Of a stretch of DNA of 64,000 nucleotides, positions 1 through 15,200 are shown piece by piece; position 1 is the stretch's first letter, and the number at the start of each line of letters is the position of its first letter. The position numbers and the translations under genes are program-made. The notes beneath the pieces were generated by a model. The model worked only from the letters and a program-made list of their open reading frames with translations, did no database searches and was not told where the DNA came from. Source of the DNA: Cystobasidiomycetes sp. EMM_F5 (lineage: Eukaryota); NCBI GenBank assembly GCA_051047955.1, contig JBPGPT010000007.1, positions 186,001 to 250,000 of the forward strand, read 5' to 3'.

Positions 1-434
1 ATCAGACGCATCCCCATCTACCATCAGTGCAGTCACAATAATGCCCCGCTCAGATCCGGCAACGGCAGGGCGATTCCGGATATGGCTGTACAAGGCGAAT
101 GAGCCAAAGCCAGTCCTGATACACGATAGAAAGATTGAAGGTGGCTTTGCGGAAACTAAGATTATCGTGAGGGATTGAACTACTCGCTTTGATTGCAAAT
201 ATTGATATACAGCGTGCAGAAACAGAAAATCAGAGAGATTATTGACCCTTCCAGGGGGCTCGGGCACTCTGACAAGCCTGGCAAGTCAAGTATCCCATCG
301 TCTTGATAACGGGTAGATATGTCCGGCTTTGCACGTCGTTCGCTCGCGATGAATAATCCAAGTCCGGCAAGTTGCAGGATTACCTTTTCTGCCTTGACAT
401 CGATGCTGGGCACAGCCACGAGGAGTTCTGCCAT
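1..434 (-). CDS. Possible hypothetical protein, multi-exon, running off the left edge of the window
   Basis: ORF 180..434 (MAELLVAVPSIDVK...) ends at a plausible splice donor, and sequence further left also reads like protein. No recognisable motif. Confidence 0.25.
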
Positions 435-497
435 GCAGGTATCACGCCATCAGAGAAGGTCGAACAGTGCTGAAACCTAGGACTACGACTACGACAT

Positions 498-2446
498 TCA
501 AGACCAGCCTGAAATATTCTGCTCGAGCGGATCACGACCCTGCTGAATCTCGACCTGTCTCTGCTCTTCGATGACGAGTCTCGACAAATCCGCAAATCCC
601 ATCTCTCCAGCCGCGGTCCGCAAAAGGTCTTTCGTCCTCCCTTCGCGCTCCAATCGCGCCCATCCGCGCATACACATCCAAAAGTCCTTTCTCACTTCCT
701 CCCGCCATGGCTCAAGCACAATGCCTGTCCTTTCTTCGCTGTTGCCTGGTTCGATACCATGCGATTTGAGAAAGTCAATGATGCGGTGTTGGTAAATTTC
801 GCTTTCGCCCGCTTCGGGACGGCCTTGACGTTGTCCTAGCTTTTCAATCGTACGACCGAGCGCACGAGTGCGATCTTCATGAGCTCGTAGGGCGTCTTGC
901 ATCTCAGAGCGCGAAGGAATGATGGATGGAACGGCAAGAGACCAAGCTATCAATGCCGCTTGTACGGCGTTGGACAACCTGTAGCTCGTAGACATGATGT
1001 TTCCGCACCAAAATAGCGATGCAGGTCCATGCGACTCTGCAAAAGACATGGTGTGCTCGTACAATGGACGTACTAAGGAATCGCAATCTCTGTTCAGATG
1101 CTGACAGACCATCAGGAGCCTAGGCGACTCACCGTACAGATCGGTGCTGACTAGCCCATTGAATTCTTCGTCTTCCAAATCGGGCAACACACAGCCGGGT
1201 CTTCGGACCAAGGCGCCGCCTCGCTCGAGGTATTCATATCGGATAATAAAGCCTGTTCCAAGGTAGACGGTGTCAATTCTGTAACGGCGCGCTTAGTCAA
1301 GCTCCGCTTCAAACAATGCAAGAACCACGTATGAAGAGCTCACTCGTCAATCTGGGTCCCATCACCCAACAGTACAGCATCTTTACTAAAGCCAGCTAGG
1401 CGTGCTGTCCGCTCGAATGGCCATGATGGTGGCAGTACGACTGCCGGGTTCATAGCATGGTAGACCTGTGTTTTGTCGTTATTGACTCGCCGCTGATTAC
1501 ACACTGTGTTTGGCAAGCTTCCCACCTTCCTGGCCGTGGTACCTATTTGTAAAGCACCGTCCAGCCCGGATGGTCCGGATCCGACGATCAGCACAGTCTT
1601 GTCTGTAAAAGGCTCAGGACCTCGATAGTATGCCGAATGTACGACTTTCCTCCCGGATTCATTCTGCAACCATTCTTCCTTGCCCGGCAGGAACGGTATA
1701 AAGGGATGGACGAGATGACCAGTAGCGTCTATAATCACATCGATATGGTCTGTGTACTCCAGGTCGTCTGGATTTGACGGGAATGGTCGAGAAATTGCGC
1801 GCCAGAACCCTTCTTTCCCTGCTTGCGGCTTGACCCACGTTGTGCTGTACAGCTCTCGCTTATACAATATGCGACGTGGTAGTTGTCTGCGAGCGACGTC
1901 TGGGGGCGTATTCTGCGGCCGTAGCGGGACTGCGTGATTCTGAATGTGCCCATTTGATGTGCTTGCAGATACGGCTGCATTCCAGTCTTGCTCGGAGGAA
2001 TCGAACATTCCCCATTTGCGAGCGTACTCTTGCAAGTATATCAGGACTACCTTCCAGTGCGGGAAGAGGTCGGTATTGTCAGGGAATGGCTCGTGCGGAT
2101 ACGTCACTTTGCGAAGTATACGTACATCAGCCATTCGAGGCTAGCCACCTGATGATGACTCACATACTCATGTTCGAGGGTGTGTTCGTCCGGAGACGCT
2201 CGTACAACCCACTCAAGGGTGTCTCAGAACCAGACTCATCCAGCAGCCTGTTGTTCTTTTTCAGCCAACTGCCTTTCACAATGATTGGTACGTTTATGCT
2301 CACCACTGCCCACCGAGAGCTTCTCTCCGCTCGTATATGGTTACTCTCCATCCGTATCTCAGCTCGTATGGCAGATCTTGCAATGCCTTCAATACTGCCA
2401 GAGCAGCCGAGCCGAAGCCGACGATTGCGATATGTTTTGGAGGCAT
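498..2446 (-). CDS. Flavin-containing monooxygenase (FMO-like), multi-exon
   Basis: N-terminal Rossmann-like MPPKHIAIVGFGSAALA...YERREALGGQW, LYERLRTNTP, DATG, FMO-type VVHSAYYR, second dinucleotide motif VLIVGSGPSGLD. Assembled from ORFs 2300-2557, 2160-2351, 1340-2134 and 498-1211. Confidence 0.88.
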
Positions 2447-3106
2447 GGTAGTTAGGAGGACATTAGAGATGGCAGTGAAGACCAGTTCAGTTAGGATAAG
2501 GTCATAAGGAAGGTCTGCATTACTCTGATTGTACAACAAGGTATGGCTTGTCTGCACGCCGCGGCGTAAAGAGTCTCCCCCCTATTTCCATACGCAAGCA
2601 CGACATCCAATGGCGTCGACAGGTGGACAGCGGGCTGACTGGCTGTCATGGCCTGGAATATGCTGATATTTGATGCAATCTGATGGGCTAATACTGACAC
2701 GAACGATAATCGTTCACCATTCACGCGACCCAATTCACTGCCTTTGAATCATATACGCCGTCCGACAGAGCGTGTTAAGCAATGAAACGGCAGTTGGACA
2801 TCTGACCTTCTTATCATCAGCAGCGCGGAATCCTAATTGCTCATTCGAACGGCTGACGCTTCCTTGTTTGACAAGTTGCCCACGAGTCACTTCCAAACTT
2901 GCTTCGACAGCGACACCTTGACATTCGACCCCACTTGCACTTTTACTCCATTCCATCCCACGTGCTCATCCATACTCCTCCCCCTCGTCTTCACGCTCGA
3001 TGAAACGCCGTTGCTCTCGCTCACTCGGCCGTTCGAAGCACAACCAAACCTGACACTGCTTCGCTCATATATTTGACCTCCACAAATTTACATACATCAC
3101 CACGCG

Positions 3107-4043
3107 ATGTCTTTACGCGCATGCAGGAATGAACGCTGCCAGTGGGTCGGTTTGAATGTACTTGGCCATGAAAGACAGGCAAGCCTCAACGCAGTATTTC
3201 ATTTGATCGGTGCGACGATGTTGATGCATCAACGTCCTACAGTGCCCGCACCGCCTGATGAAGTGCCCAAATAGCTGTGGGATGACAATCAGCGCGAAGA
3301 ATGGCCTGTACACGAGTTTGCCTGTCCGAAGATCAAGATCGATTGTCCTCGATCTGCAAATGGTTGCGGACATTCTTTCCAGCGCGGCAAGCTTGACGAG
3401 CACAATCGCGTATGCTACTTCTATCGGTAAGTATGTTACGCAGAGTCTTCGTTGTGAATTCTCCTGACTTTCCGGATGGCAAGCTGTGCATTCTCAGTCC
3501 TCGGCTGTACTCAGCTAGGCTCGCGAAGTGTGATCGACAAGCACATCGCCAATTATTGTCATCCTCTACATGCGACAATCGATGACCTCAGGAACGAGAA
3601 TGCCCAGGTAGGCTTCTCGGCTTACACGCCAGCATGGTACTAGATCGGCTGACCTAGTCATGCAGCTTCTCGTGGCAATGGAAGATCAAGCGAGCCAGTA
3701 TGAAGAAGAGCTTGTATACTGGCAGCACAAGAGTCGAGAGAAACGTGTCGAATCTGCCAAATCACCTGAAACACTGAAAACCGAGGCAGCGTCGGACGCA
3801 AACGGTTCTGAACATGGTTCGTCAATGTCTTTGGGATTTTCGATATACAGCGATTGCGTCGAAGACAGTTCGGTATGTCACGGTCATACGTGCTGTAAAT
3901 GCAGCGCGTTAAGCTCGGATAGCTTGGACGACAGCGGAGACAGCGATGATTCTGGCGGCACTTGCAGGAGTAGCAGTGAAGGCAGTGAAGACGGTGGAGA
4001 TAGCGATACGAGCGAAGTAGCTCGCACACTTGATCCGTCATAA
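3107..4043 (+). CDS. Hypothetical protein with Cys/His-rich N-terminus (possibly TRAF-type zinc finger-like), coiled-coil segment and acidic Ser-rich tail
   Basis: CPHRLMKCPNSCG motif near 3243-3280, short exons with GT-AG introns, final exon ORF 3660..4043. Exon structure uncertain. Confidence 0.4.
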
Positions 4044-4478
4044 TCGGCGGAATTGATCGATTCTTCGGATACAGCGTTCGTCTAGCCAACGATTGTTACA
4101 TTTCTTTTTATCTGTTTACTACTGGCTGTAAGCCATGCCTGCAAGTTTCCATAACCGTACGCCCTATTCCACATTGGCAGGCTAGGCGACCATGGTTCTT
4201 TCAGAAGCAGTCTGTTGCAACCCACCATTCGTGCCGAGCTTTGCATCCTGCGGTAGCAACTGATGCGGACCTTGCTCGGTCTTTTCAGACAGCGGCTCAG
4301 TTTCGCCTTCCTTGTGCCAATGCTGGATGTGATGCAGTATCTGTCGGGTAATGAGACGATAGGTTTAGCGTGATTTCGTTACGTCGAATACGCAACAGCA
4401 CATACGGAGTCCATAATTGGGATGGTCACGAGCACGCAGAATCTGGTCGTTCGAACGCAGGAAGTGTCAACATGGCGG

Positions 4479-6552
4479 TCAAAGGGGCAACGTTGCGCAT
4501 ACCAAGCTTACAGTACCGGTAACGTGTAATTCTTCCCAAAGACTGACGTAGCCAGATTGCCATCCGCATTGAGCAATTCTTCCGCCGTAATCTTTGCGGC
4601 CGTGCTGCATGCACACCCATGTATGTTCAGCTGCAGGTTTCGTTTGCAGATGCAGGAAGCTCACAATATCGGAGTCGCACAAATGCATATTATGCCAACA
4701 GCCGTCTTCCACGCATACGAAATGTAGCTATGTCTTTTGATTGTGAACGGAGATCCATTTTGCAGCGTCTTGAGTGCCACAATGAGCAGTACTGCCGAGC
4801 CGAGCGTACACAACCCATAGTAGTAGGTCGTGAATGTCGGTTTCAGACTAGCGGCCGCAAATTCCGCAAACACACTCGTGTACGAGCGGTTCTCGCCAGA
4901 TGTGATGCTCGCAATCTGCTCGTCGCCATTATTGTAGATTTCCTCTTTAACCTCAAAGCCATACTTTGCGAAAACACGAGCAAGTATCGACAGTGATTCT
5001 CCCATAAAGAGCTGGTCGAACGTGGCGACGTTATTGCCAGCAATATATCGGAAAGACTGGACGTTGCCTGTACAGCCCACCGACGTTACTTTCTTTTGAA
5101 TGGCAAAGGTAACTAGGGGCCTGCGACTTACGGATCCAGTCTATACCAAGGTTTCTGAGGAAAGCAACGAGTTCTTGTCCGCTTTCTGATTCCGTAAGGA
5201 GTTCGGCTGCTGCTGTAACCGAAGCATTTGGACCAAAAGCAGCGCCAGTGCTATCAAATTCGGTGACCAAACGTTGGATGATGGTAGTATATTGCTGAAC
5301 TGCGTTCAGGGCACTGACGCTCGCGGTAATAGTCGCAACAGCTGTTTTTGAAGAGCAAAATCAGTGGGACAAGCTTACAGAGTAGATGCGAGATGGACTT
5401 GCATTGTGTGAAGAGCAAGATGGCCAAATGCATTGGATAATGGATGAGGCCCCAGAAGCAGTGCGTAAGCGGTCCTCCTCGGAGATGGTGCGTGTGTTGT
5501 TTGAAGTACAATCCTGTACGCGTATGCGTGGTGATCAGCAGGCCTTTCAAACAGGCAGAATACTCCGAGTATTAGAATATTCAGCCTACCAAACAAGATG
5601 CGATACAATCCCACTGCTGCAAAGATGCTTCCAAACACATTTGCGAATCTCGTCAAGTTGAAGCCGTCCAGGATAGATTTGAAGTTTTCATATATGCCAA
5701 TGATTCCCTCTCCGATGATGATGAGTGTCAGTGCAGCGAATCGCTCTGCCCAGTATTCAAGCTCAATTCTGAGTGCTGTCGAATGAGCGCTTGACACGGC
5801 CGTCGCTAGAAATTCGATAGCGAGTCCGATACTCCACAATGATATTCTTGCGATGCTTTGCGGTCTGTCGGAAGAGAAGGATAAACCGAATCCGATTGCC
5901 CACAGTGTCGCAGAAGCCGTCAAGCCGAGCATAACGATGAGGACCGAATGTCTCGCTACTCCGGCTTTCTTGGCGCGTGTATACATCCATGCGTAGCGGA
6001 GAAGAAGCAGTATGCGGAGAACAAAGAATACACCGGATGCAGCGAGCAGACTCCGTTGCTGTAGATCGGAACTGCCTTCGCTTTCTCCTCGTTGTATGAA
6101 TATAGGGACGTTCTCAAGATTCGGAGACTCTTCTTGATGCGATAGGCCATACCCGACGACAAAATTGCCGCTGACTGCAGCTAGTACACCGAATGCGAGA
6201 AGGTGGAGAAAGACAAAGGCTGTGGGGGGAGTGCATAAGATCTCGACTTGCGGTGGGGGTAGGGCGACTCACCATCATTGACGACATCCTTTGAGCCGAA
6301 TCTGACATCGTACACTGCATTCGCGGCCCATGTTGACCATAGGAGGGTAAAGTAGAGAATGTAGCTCGCTACATCGGCCCCTGTCGCTAGCTTTGCTTCT
6401 TTCGTGTATACGGCGAGGGCAGCTACGAAGAAGAGGTCGAAGAACAGTTCGTGGAAGCCCACTTTGATGTCCTTTCTACGCAGTCGCCCGTTGTCGACGT
6501 CGATATCGTGGTGGAATGGATTGGCTGGCAGGGATGGCAAGAGAGAACTCAA
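4479..6552 (-). CDS. Low temperature requirement protein A (LtrA)-family multi-pass membrane protein, multi-exon
   Basis: Family motifs VGFHELFFDLFFVAAL and EYWAERFAALTLIIIGEGI plus many hydrophobic helices (ORFs 6181-6552, 5375-5986, 4661-5080). Both ends approximate. Confidence 0.8.
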
Positions 6553-7220
6553 TGTTCACGCACTAGATGATACGTCGTGAGTCATGTATCGAGCCTCCCT
6601 CACCGATGAATGGCTTGTGTGTCTGGTTTGTTGCGTATTTGCAGAGATATGATCCGCTGAATGGGCATCGTCGAGGGGCACGGGGGAGTGAATACGGGGT
6701 CAGTGGTCAGTTTGCGAGTACAATGTCAGCGTCGTTGTCGTTGTCAGTGTCAGTATCGCAGCCATCACATAAAGTCACTCCATCAGCCCTTGCCACTGTG
6801 CACTCTCACACAACACAGTCTCACAATTGCAGCACTCTCATGGTCGCAGCTCGAGTAAACAGCAGCAGGCAGATGAATTGCAGGTTGGTTAGAGTGACAA
6901 GCACAACACTCGCTCAATCACAAGTCGCTACAATGCCGCTGCAACTGATACAGTGCCGACAGGAACACGCCTAATGGCACTAATGGATAACCTTTATGAC
7001 CCAGAAGAATGGTAAGGATGGTTATTGATTGGCGGAGAGCCAGACTGGGCGTGGTAGTAACCTGTAATAACCACTGCGACTTGTACGAGTATTGCTTTGA
7101 TGTTGTGTCTTGCTTCCATCTCCTCGACCACCGTCAGACGGCATCACCCATACGGTCGAGCAGCATTCATCATCGACTGGATATTGCCAGCTGCTCGTCG
7201 TCGTCTTGTATCGCCGTCTT

Positions 7221-10200
7221 ATGACTCGCTTTGACTCGCAAGTCGGTGGGAATCAGACCCCATCTTGCTTGAACTGAATGTGAGCTGGCCTTTGACCCGG
7301 CCAACCCATCCTGGAGTCTGGATATTAGTCTGACATACGGACTGCACAGCGCAGATGGCCAGCTCGCATCAGATTCAGCAATTGCTGGAAAAGGTGGGCA
7401 GGGTGACTGTGTTCCAGGAACGATATACTGACGGATATATTGCAACTGGCGGCGATGAATACTAACAATCATGATAAACTGACACCCACACTATCTTACA
7501 CACTCAAAGACCAAGAATGGCGACCCCGATGTCCGATGGATGGCTTGCTCCGACATCCAGACACGCATACAGGAGCACAACCTCAGCCTCGACGACAGCA
7601 CAGAGACGCAGCTCGTAGACCAGATACTCTCCCTGTTCAACGACAACAACTCGGAGGTAAAGTCGCAGGCAGCGAGGGTCGTGTCGATACTCGTCGCAAA
7701 GGTCAAGGAGGCTAGAGTACAGACGATAATCGAAAAGTTGACCCTCATGACGGGCAACAAGGATGAGGCACTGAGGGATATTGCGAGTCTGGGTGGGTAC
7801 GAGTCATCCCGTCCTTTTCCGCCATCGTTCTGACGGTCGTTAAAACACAGGCCTCCGCAGCGTCGTAAAGGAGATTGCTCCAGAATCCAGGCTCGCTCAG
7901 ACGGCGTGCAGTAAATTGGCACCAAAAATTCTGCAGCAGTTGAAGAGTGTGCGTTGAGAATACTGCCTCATCTAATGACACTGATCAAACGCGTGTTTTA
8001 ACCAACAGACCGATTCACCGCAGGATCTACTCATCCAGCTCATAGAAGTGCTCGGAGACGTGTATACACGTTTTGATGCTACGTGAGCCTTCGAATACCT
8101 ACTTTCAGCGGCGACTCTGACATTTCTATTCGTTTGAATGTCAACAGGATACGCGCAAACCCCGCAGCTCAGTCCGATGGTCTAGCCGGTCTCACTCCTC
8201 TTCTCAATGACTCACGAGGAGCAATCAGAAAACGAACAATCCGAACGCTCGGAAACCTTGCAGCGTGCTCGGGCGATAAGATTGTTTCGCAGCTGGTCGA
8301 CAGTGATGTCCTTCCTTCCTTGACAGCAGGATCGGTGGATCAGCTCAAAACGAGCGTCGCGCTGTGTGGTGCGCTTGCTTCGTGAGTCAGCGAACACCTG
8401 TGTGGTCAAAGTAAGCGCCATCTGATTTGCCGTGATTTTGGCAATGACAGCGCTTCGCCCAAGCGGACAGGCAAGAAACTACATGTCCTACTCCCTCCGA
8501 TACTCAAAGCAACTACATCAGAAGATGATGAGCTCAAAGAAGTAGCTTTGCAGGTGGGATATATTCGTGCAGCAATATTATGTATACACAATCCAGCTAA
8601 TGCATGTCCCGGTCCACAGACCCTCGAAATCATTCTGCTCAGATGCCCTGCCGAATCTACCTCTTCCGTTCCTTCTATAGTCGACGCTGCCAACACGCTC
8701 ATCAGATACGATCCAAATTACGCTGGAGATGCAGACGACGACATGGATGAAGATGCCAACGGTGACGAGGATGGAATGGACGGGGAGGACGAGGATGAGC
8801 AGGAAGATTTTGAGGAGGAGTATGAGGACGATGACGATGTATCCTGGAAGGTGCGACGAGCCGCTGTCAAACTTCTCAATGTCGCCATCGAGACAAGACT
8901 GGAAATGCTGGCCACGTTTTACAAGAGTGTTGCACCTGTTCTCATTTCCCGCTTTTCTGAGCGTGAAGAGACGGTCAAGTTGGAGATATGGAATACCTAC
9001 ACTTCTCTACTCGAACAGACGGGGACGTGGACAGGCAGCTCGAATCTACCCCATTCTCCCCAATTGAACGGCTCGACTCACTTATTGTCCGATGAAGGAC
9101 GAGCAAGCCGAGCAGGGTCGCCTGTGAGCAGCCTGAAGCGTAAGCGGGGGATGGACGTCGATTCCGACTCTCCTGTTGCGGCACTGCAGCGGCAAGCACC
9201 GTCAGTTGCAAAAAGCATCATCAAACAGCTTAGCTCCAGTAAAGCTGTTGTTGTCCGTCAAGCTGGCTTCACCCTCCTCAATAGCCTCGTTCTCGTTTTA
9301 CAAGGTGGTCTAGATGCCAACATCGCGCCACTAGTGTCGGTTGTTGACTTAGTACTCAAGTCTTCACAATCTGCTGCGGCGCATGGAACGGCCGGCGGAT
9401 CCACTACAGCCCTCAAGATTCAGATTTTTCATTTCTTAGCACTCATCTTCCGCACGCACTCGTTCAGAACTCTGCAACCGCATCTACCCAGACTTGTCAC
9501 TCTCGTTACATCCAGCATCAATGACAGATCACCCAAAGTAGGTGCAGCGGCTTTCATCGCAGCAGCAGAGTTTGTCAAGCTATGTCGACCTATCGCCGGC
9601 AACCCTGCTGTCGAGTCAATCAGCTCTTCCAGCGTTTCATCAACAGCGCCCGTCGTTCGTGAAGTCTACGACGCCACTCTTGCTTCTCTTTCCCGCAATG
9701 ATGCAGATCAGGAAATCCGAGAGACTGGAATCGTATGCTTGGGAGACTTGATTACTCATGCGGGCGCAGAATTCGGTGGCGATCTCACAAAGGCACTCCA
9801 GATCCTGAGTGACAGGCTACTCAACGAGAACACGCGTCTCGTCGCACTCAACACCATTTCAAAGATTGCAAATGCTACAAGTCAGATCATTACAAGCAAA
9901 GCAACGGAAAGTACCGTCATTGCGACATTCTTACAGGAGAGTGCTGCAGAAATCGTCACGCTGCTGCGAAAGAATAATAAACCGTTGCAAGCAGCTGCGT
10001 ATGTCTGTCTAGAAGCCGTGCTCAACAAAGCGGGAGGAAGCCTGGATTCGGAGACGGCAGAGACGATTCTCGCCACTCTTCAAGCCACTATTTCCAATCC
10101 GGATGGTCATTTAGCAAGATCTTTCAACATTCTTTCTAGCGTCCTGGAAGGCGGAGTCGCATCTACCAGTGTAGTCGAGAAGAACATCCTCCCGAGCATC

Positions 10201-12058
10201 TACACCTTGATATCCAGCCCGTCCACCCCGTTGACGGGTACGGCTTTGGATGGCCTGCTTCGCTTCTTTGGTGCTTACGTTGCGGCCGGCGCCGATGCGC
10301 TTTCTGTCGTAAAACAGCTCACGTCTGTAGCTACGCAGTCCAAGGGAGGCCTACAGGTTCCAATGACGGCTAGTCGTTGCATAGGTTCAATCTACCGAAG
10401 TGCCGCCGCATCCAACAATGCTGCAGCACCAAAAATCGTCGACGATATCGCAGCATCAACGAAGGTACTTACAGAAGCACTGTCGTGCAGTACGTAAACT
10501 GATATATGGTTGACTAGGCTTCAAAGGCCCAACAACCGGCAGTATGCCTGGGCCTCCTTACACTTGGCGAAATCGGCCGAAGAGCGTACGTACCTGGAAA
10601 GTCATTATGTCCATGCACCTGATCATCTCTCCACAGCAATCTCGAGAAACACAAGGATGCCTTTGCGACTGCCGTGACAGGCTTGACAAGCTCTAGCGAC
10701 GAGATCCGTAGCGCGGCTGCATTTGCGATTGGTATGCTCCCGCTCAGCTGAGTCGCAAAGTCAAGCTTATGAATAACTCTCAAACAGGCAACATGGCTGC
10801 GGGCAGTCCGACAGCTTTCCTGCCAGCAGTTCTCGGCGAAATCCAGTCAGCAGCGACTGATGATCGAAAATTACATCTCTTGCTTGGAGCCGTCAAGGAG
10901 ACGCTTAGCTACAGCAACTCGGCTGCACTGGCTGACCTCTCCAATGCTCTGTGGGGACCTCTGTTCCAGATTTGCGAATCTGCCTCAGCTCAGCAGAATG
11001 CCGCTGCAACCGCTGCGAATGCTACGGGCGGCGCCTCAAGCGCAAAAGCTGGTGACGATGCCCGCCTTGATGGCACGAGAAATCTGGCAGCGGAATGTCT
11101 TGGCAAGATCACCCTCACCAACCCTGCGTCGTATCTCGGCCAGCTGCAAAGCCGCCTGCAAGCTGACTCTCCTGGAACGCGTGCAGCTGTCATTACTGCA
11201 ATTCGCTTCACATTCACGGATGCATCCACTGCGTACGATGACCTGCTGGCTCCTCTGATCGTACAATTTTTGTCCCTGATGAAGGATTCCGACTTAGTCA
11301 GCGATACTCACTCATTCTCGGTGCTCAAATCGCTGACCATGTTATCGTACTCTACAGACTGTGCGACGCCTGGCGGTTTCGTCGTTGACTTCTGCTGCGC
11401 ACAACAAACCGCAACTCATTCGAGATCACATGTCAACACTGCAGCCTCTACTGTATCAGGAGACAAAGATTGACCCAGCTTTGATCCACGAAGTCACGAT
11501 GGGACCATTCAAAGTCAAGGTTGATGACGGTCTTAGCATCCGCAAAGTATGTGTCTGTCATTGCCCACCGAACCGCAGCTGACTAACGGTACGTAACAGG
11601 CTGCCTATCAGTGCATGTATACTCTATTGGAGACGTGCTTGAACAAGCTCGACCTTAATGCGTATCTGGATATCGTCATTGGCGGATTGAAAGACGACGA
11701 CGACATCAAGGTCTCATGCTATTTAATGCTGGTCAAGCTCAGACAAGTTGCACCCACCGCCGTCGCGCAGAGGCTGGATTCAGCAGCGCCATCCTTCGAT
11801 GCAGTCATCAAGACAAAGCTCAAGGACACGGCTGTTAAACAAGAAATCGAGAAATTGGCAGAGATGCAGAGGTCGGCTTTGAGAACAATGGCTGCCCTGC
11901 TCGCTGTTGCCTCCGAGAACGCCTGCCCACGATTCTGGCAGCTCGCAAACGAAACCAAAAATTCGGCTCTGTGGGGAGCCGAATTCAAGGAAATGATCCT
12001 GAATGCTACCGAAAGTAAGGGAAGTGTTGCAGGGCTGGACAACATGGACATCGATTGA
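7221..12058 (+). CDS. CAND1: Cullin-associated NEDD8-dissociated protein 1 (TIP120), HEAT-repeat, multi-exon
   Basis: DPDVRWMACSD N-terminus, YDPNY plus acidic loop plus DDDDVSWKVRRAAVK, LISRFSEREETVK, TRNLAAECLGK, C-terminal TIP120 motif VTMGPFKVKVDDGLSIRK. Start exon approximate. Confidence 0.95.
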
Positions 12059-12222
12059 GTGACGATCGTGTACAAGCCGTAACGGCTCCGTGTGAAAATT
12101 TAGCTTGAAAGAGCTACTCCGTATTGCAGATCGTTACCGAGATCCCATAGCAATGACCTGTCGTAATACGTCGTGATAGTTGAAGTCCCAGCAAATGCCA
12201 TGCTGTGACAACCTCACACTCC

Positions 12223-15200
12223 TCATGCTGGCGGCTCGTCCGCACCGATAAGCCAGCTCATACCTGAATGAAATCGATTGCTTATCGCATGCTTGACTGC
12301 TTCCGCCTGATCTTGTGCAGGGGACCTTCTGTCGTCTGCCAAGCGATCAAATAAAGCGGTATGCTGTGATGGCGGAGTGTTCAAGTTTTGATGCTTGGGC
12401 GTGCCTGCGCGGAACGGTAAGTAAGCCGACGCAGCCTCTCTGACGGAACGCGCCGCCCGTGCGGCAGTTTCGGCAGAATGACTTAGATCCAGCCGGGCAG
12501 GAGACATTGTCCTGGACGATTGACCAATCTCCGGAATCCCAAGCCCGTGACGCGATCTACGCGGAGAAGCTTTTGATGCTGTTCTCGCGGGACTTTTGGC
12601 GGTCAGTGGCGATGCATCTAGGGCCTGCCAGACCTGCAGGATTTCGGGCATACTGGCCGGCGGACAGAAGAGGAGAGCTTGTCCTAGGACTTTCTTCTTC
12701 TGCTCGACGTCCGTTATGCCCTGATCGCGTCCGAACTGGTAGCACGTCTTCCAAGCCAGGTCCGCAGCCAAACCAGCTTTGTCCTTGTCTCGACCTCGGC
12801 GTATCTGTTCAACAGCTTTGATCATGCGGGAGCAGACATCCGCTGCTCTTGCCGAATCTTTCGCTGCCAGAGCAGCATCGGCAATCATACTGAGTACTCT
12901 AGCTTCAGCGAGTCCATCACCTCGATATCCCAATTTGGCGACGAGATCAAGAATGACCTCAGGATGTCGGTACGCATCTTCATTGCTGGACAGCAACCTC
13001 GATATCAGGGAAAGCTTGTCTGGTGTCAAACGGATCTCAATAGGGGTAAGTCTTTCTCCTGCAGCATTGAGTATGCGGAATGTAGACAAGCGGGAGGTGG
13101 CCTCGATGAAATCTCTCTCCTTCCTAGTTTCTGGTGTAGAGGGAGCTACTGCCAGACTGACGACACAATCCAGTCAGAATAAACGCGGAGGGAAATTCGC
13201 AGTCATGAACACGCACCACTCGAAGGCAAGCTTCATGTTCCCATGATGCAGATTCGCCGAGTCAGCGTTGTCATAGAATTCGCGCGAGGCAGCTAGGACA
13301 ATTTCTTGTTCGGCTGCGGGTTCAAGCGGTCTTTCACCTGTTGACGGATTGAACAAGCTTCTAGCAAGTTGAAATTCTGTTCTAAGGTCAGCTTCTTGAA
13401 ACCCTTATCTTCATTTAGAAAATAATGTCGATCAACGTACTCCCGCTACTTAGTAGACCACTGAAGAATATTCTAGTCATGGCGTGCTTGTCGATGCTAG
13501 CGAACGCTGGCCTAGGTTCGTTGTCGTTATATGATGGCTTGTTGGCTGCAAGTCGGCAGAGATCATCCAGCAGGCTGATCCATTCGTCTTCATCCTCAAA
13601 ATCTCTACCCAAACGATCGCCTCGTCTTGCAGCTGATGAAGAAGAGGCTGCACTTGCGGCCGCTGCAGATGTCTTTGCCAGTCTGTCAGCCCAACTTTGC
13701 TGCATTTTGAAGTCGTGGCCCAATCGTAGGAAGAAGAGCAAAGGTTGCGATGCGGACCAGCGGGTGAAGATCTCGGCGGCCTCCAGGTGCAAATCAAACG
13801 CGTCAATGGCAGCTGTAAGGTCTGCTTGCGTATAGGGCAATAACGAGGAGTACAGCTGCATCGCTGATGGAGATGATGCAGCAAGTCGCTGCTTTGCTGT
13901 AGAGGTCGTTATGGAAGAATACAGTGTGTGCGTTGGGCTGTCACTATCATTGGAGCCGCTGTCCAAGGTAGGCAGCGTTTCGAATATCCGTGTCATTGCG
14001 TCCCAGTCATTCGTGCCTGGGTAAGCGTATAAGCTGGCAAGAGCCAAGCGGGCGAGTGTCAAGTCGGACTTGATCAGTCGCTGGCCGGGCGGCATGGTAG
14101 GCTTCGATTCTTGAAGGATGCACTCGAGCAGAGATAATCCGCGCGGTGTATTGCTAACGTTGAGAATCCATTCATACAAGAGCCGATCGTGTAAATCGTT
14201 ATCGGCCTTATTAGCGCGTTCGAGCTGACTTTCCAGAACGTAAAGGTATGGCAAGGCCAGGCGTCGAATGTCATCGACAATAGTAGCTGGTGTGGCATGG
14301 GCCAAGAAGGCTTGCACGATGTCGCCGGGAGACGACGCGCGCCATCTGGCCAAAGTCCAGTCATCCTCTTCGGTATCAATGGCTAAGCTTCCTGGGGCAT
14401 CGATACCGTCTTCGATCAAGGACATGCTGCTGTCGTACACCAGCTTTGACAAGAGACTGAGTTCTTCCCCAAGGGCATCCAGTTCTGGTATGCCTTGCGA
14501 TGCCCCGTACTGCACTAAAGACAGAGCATTATCGACTTGTCCCGTCTCCGCTTCGATGGCTTGCACTCGGGCGATGTACCACGATGTGATATCATGCACC
14601 GATGCCGGCCGTGCTTCGGAACTGGAAGGCTGTATCATGGTCTGTACTGTGGTATCCTCACTCCAGTCCGGTTCATTTCGCCAAGGTGCTGTATGAAGAA
14701 CCCGTTCTGTACCAGCCGCATGATCTATCTGCGGCAGAATATCCATATATGTTGTAACATCCGAGAAGAGCGGTATGCAATTGAGAATGGATAAACGATG
14801 CCGTGCCAGCGTCCGTGAATGTCGACGAAAGAGTAAACCCAAATGTTCCACATCGCCGCTCGCGGCGTACTTCTCGGCCAATTCAATTACGGGCAGACTG
14901 AGGAACGCTGGTAGAGGAGGAAAGGAGGAACCTCCTCGATGAAGCGCCCCGTCTACTGCCACTGAGCTGGCATTGCTTTCGACATCGTCGTCGAATGCCC
15001 ACGATTCTTCGGCTCCGTCGCCATCTTCATTGACAGGCTTTGACGCAGTACTTGGAGAGACTTCCGTATGATGATGATGGGGCTGTTCATTGAAGTACAG
15101 CTCCTGCCATGTCTTTGCCAGATCCTGCAATTCAAACAGGCGTCTTCTGTCTTCTACGGCCTTTCGCGATGGTGTATTGACATCGCCTTCGATACCAATA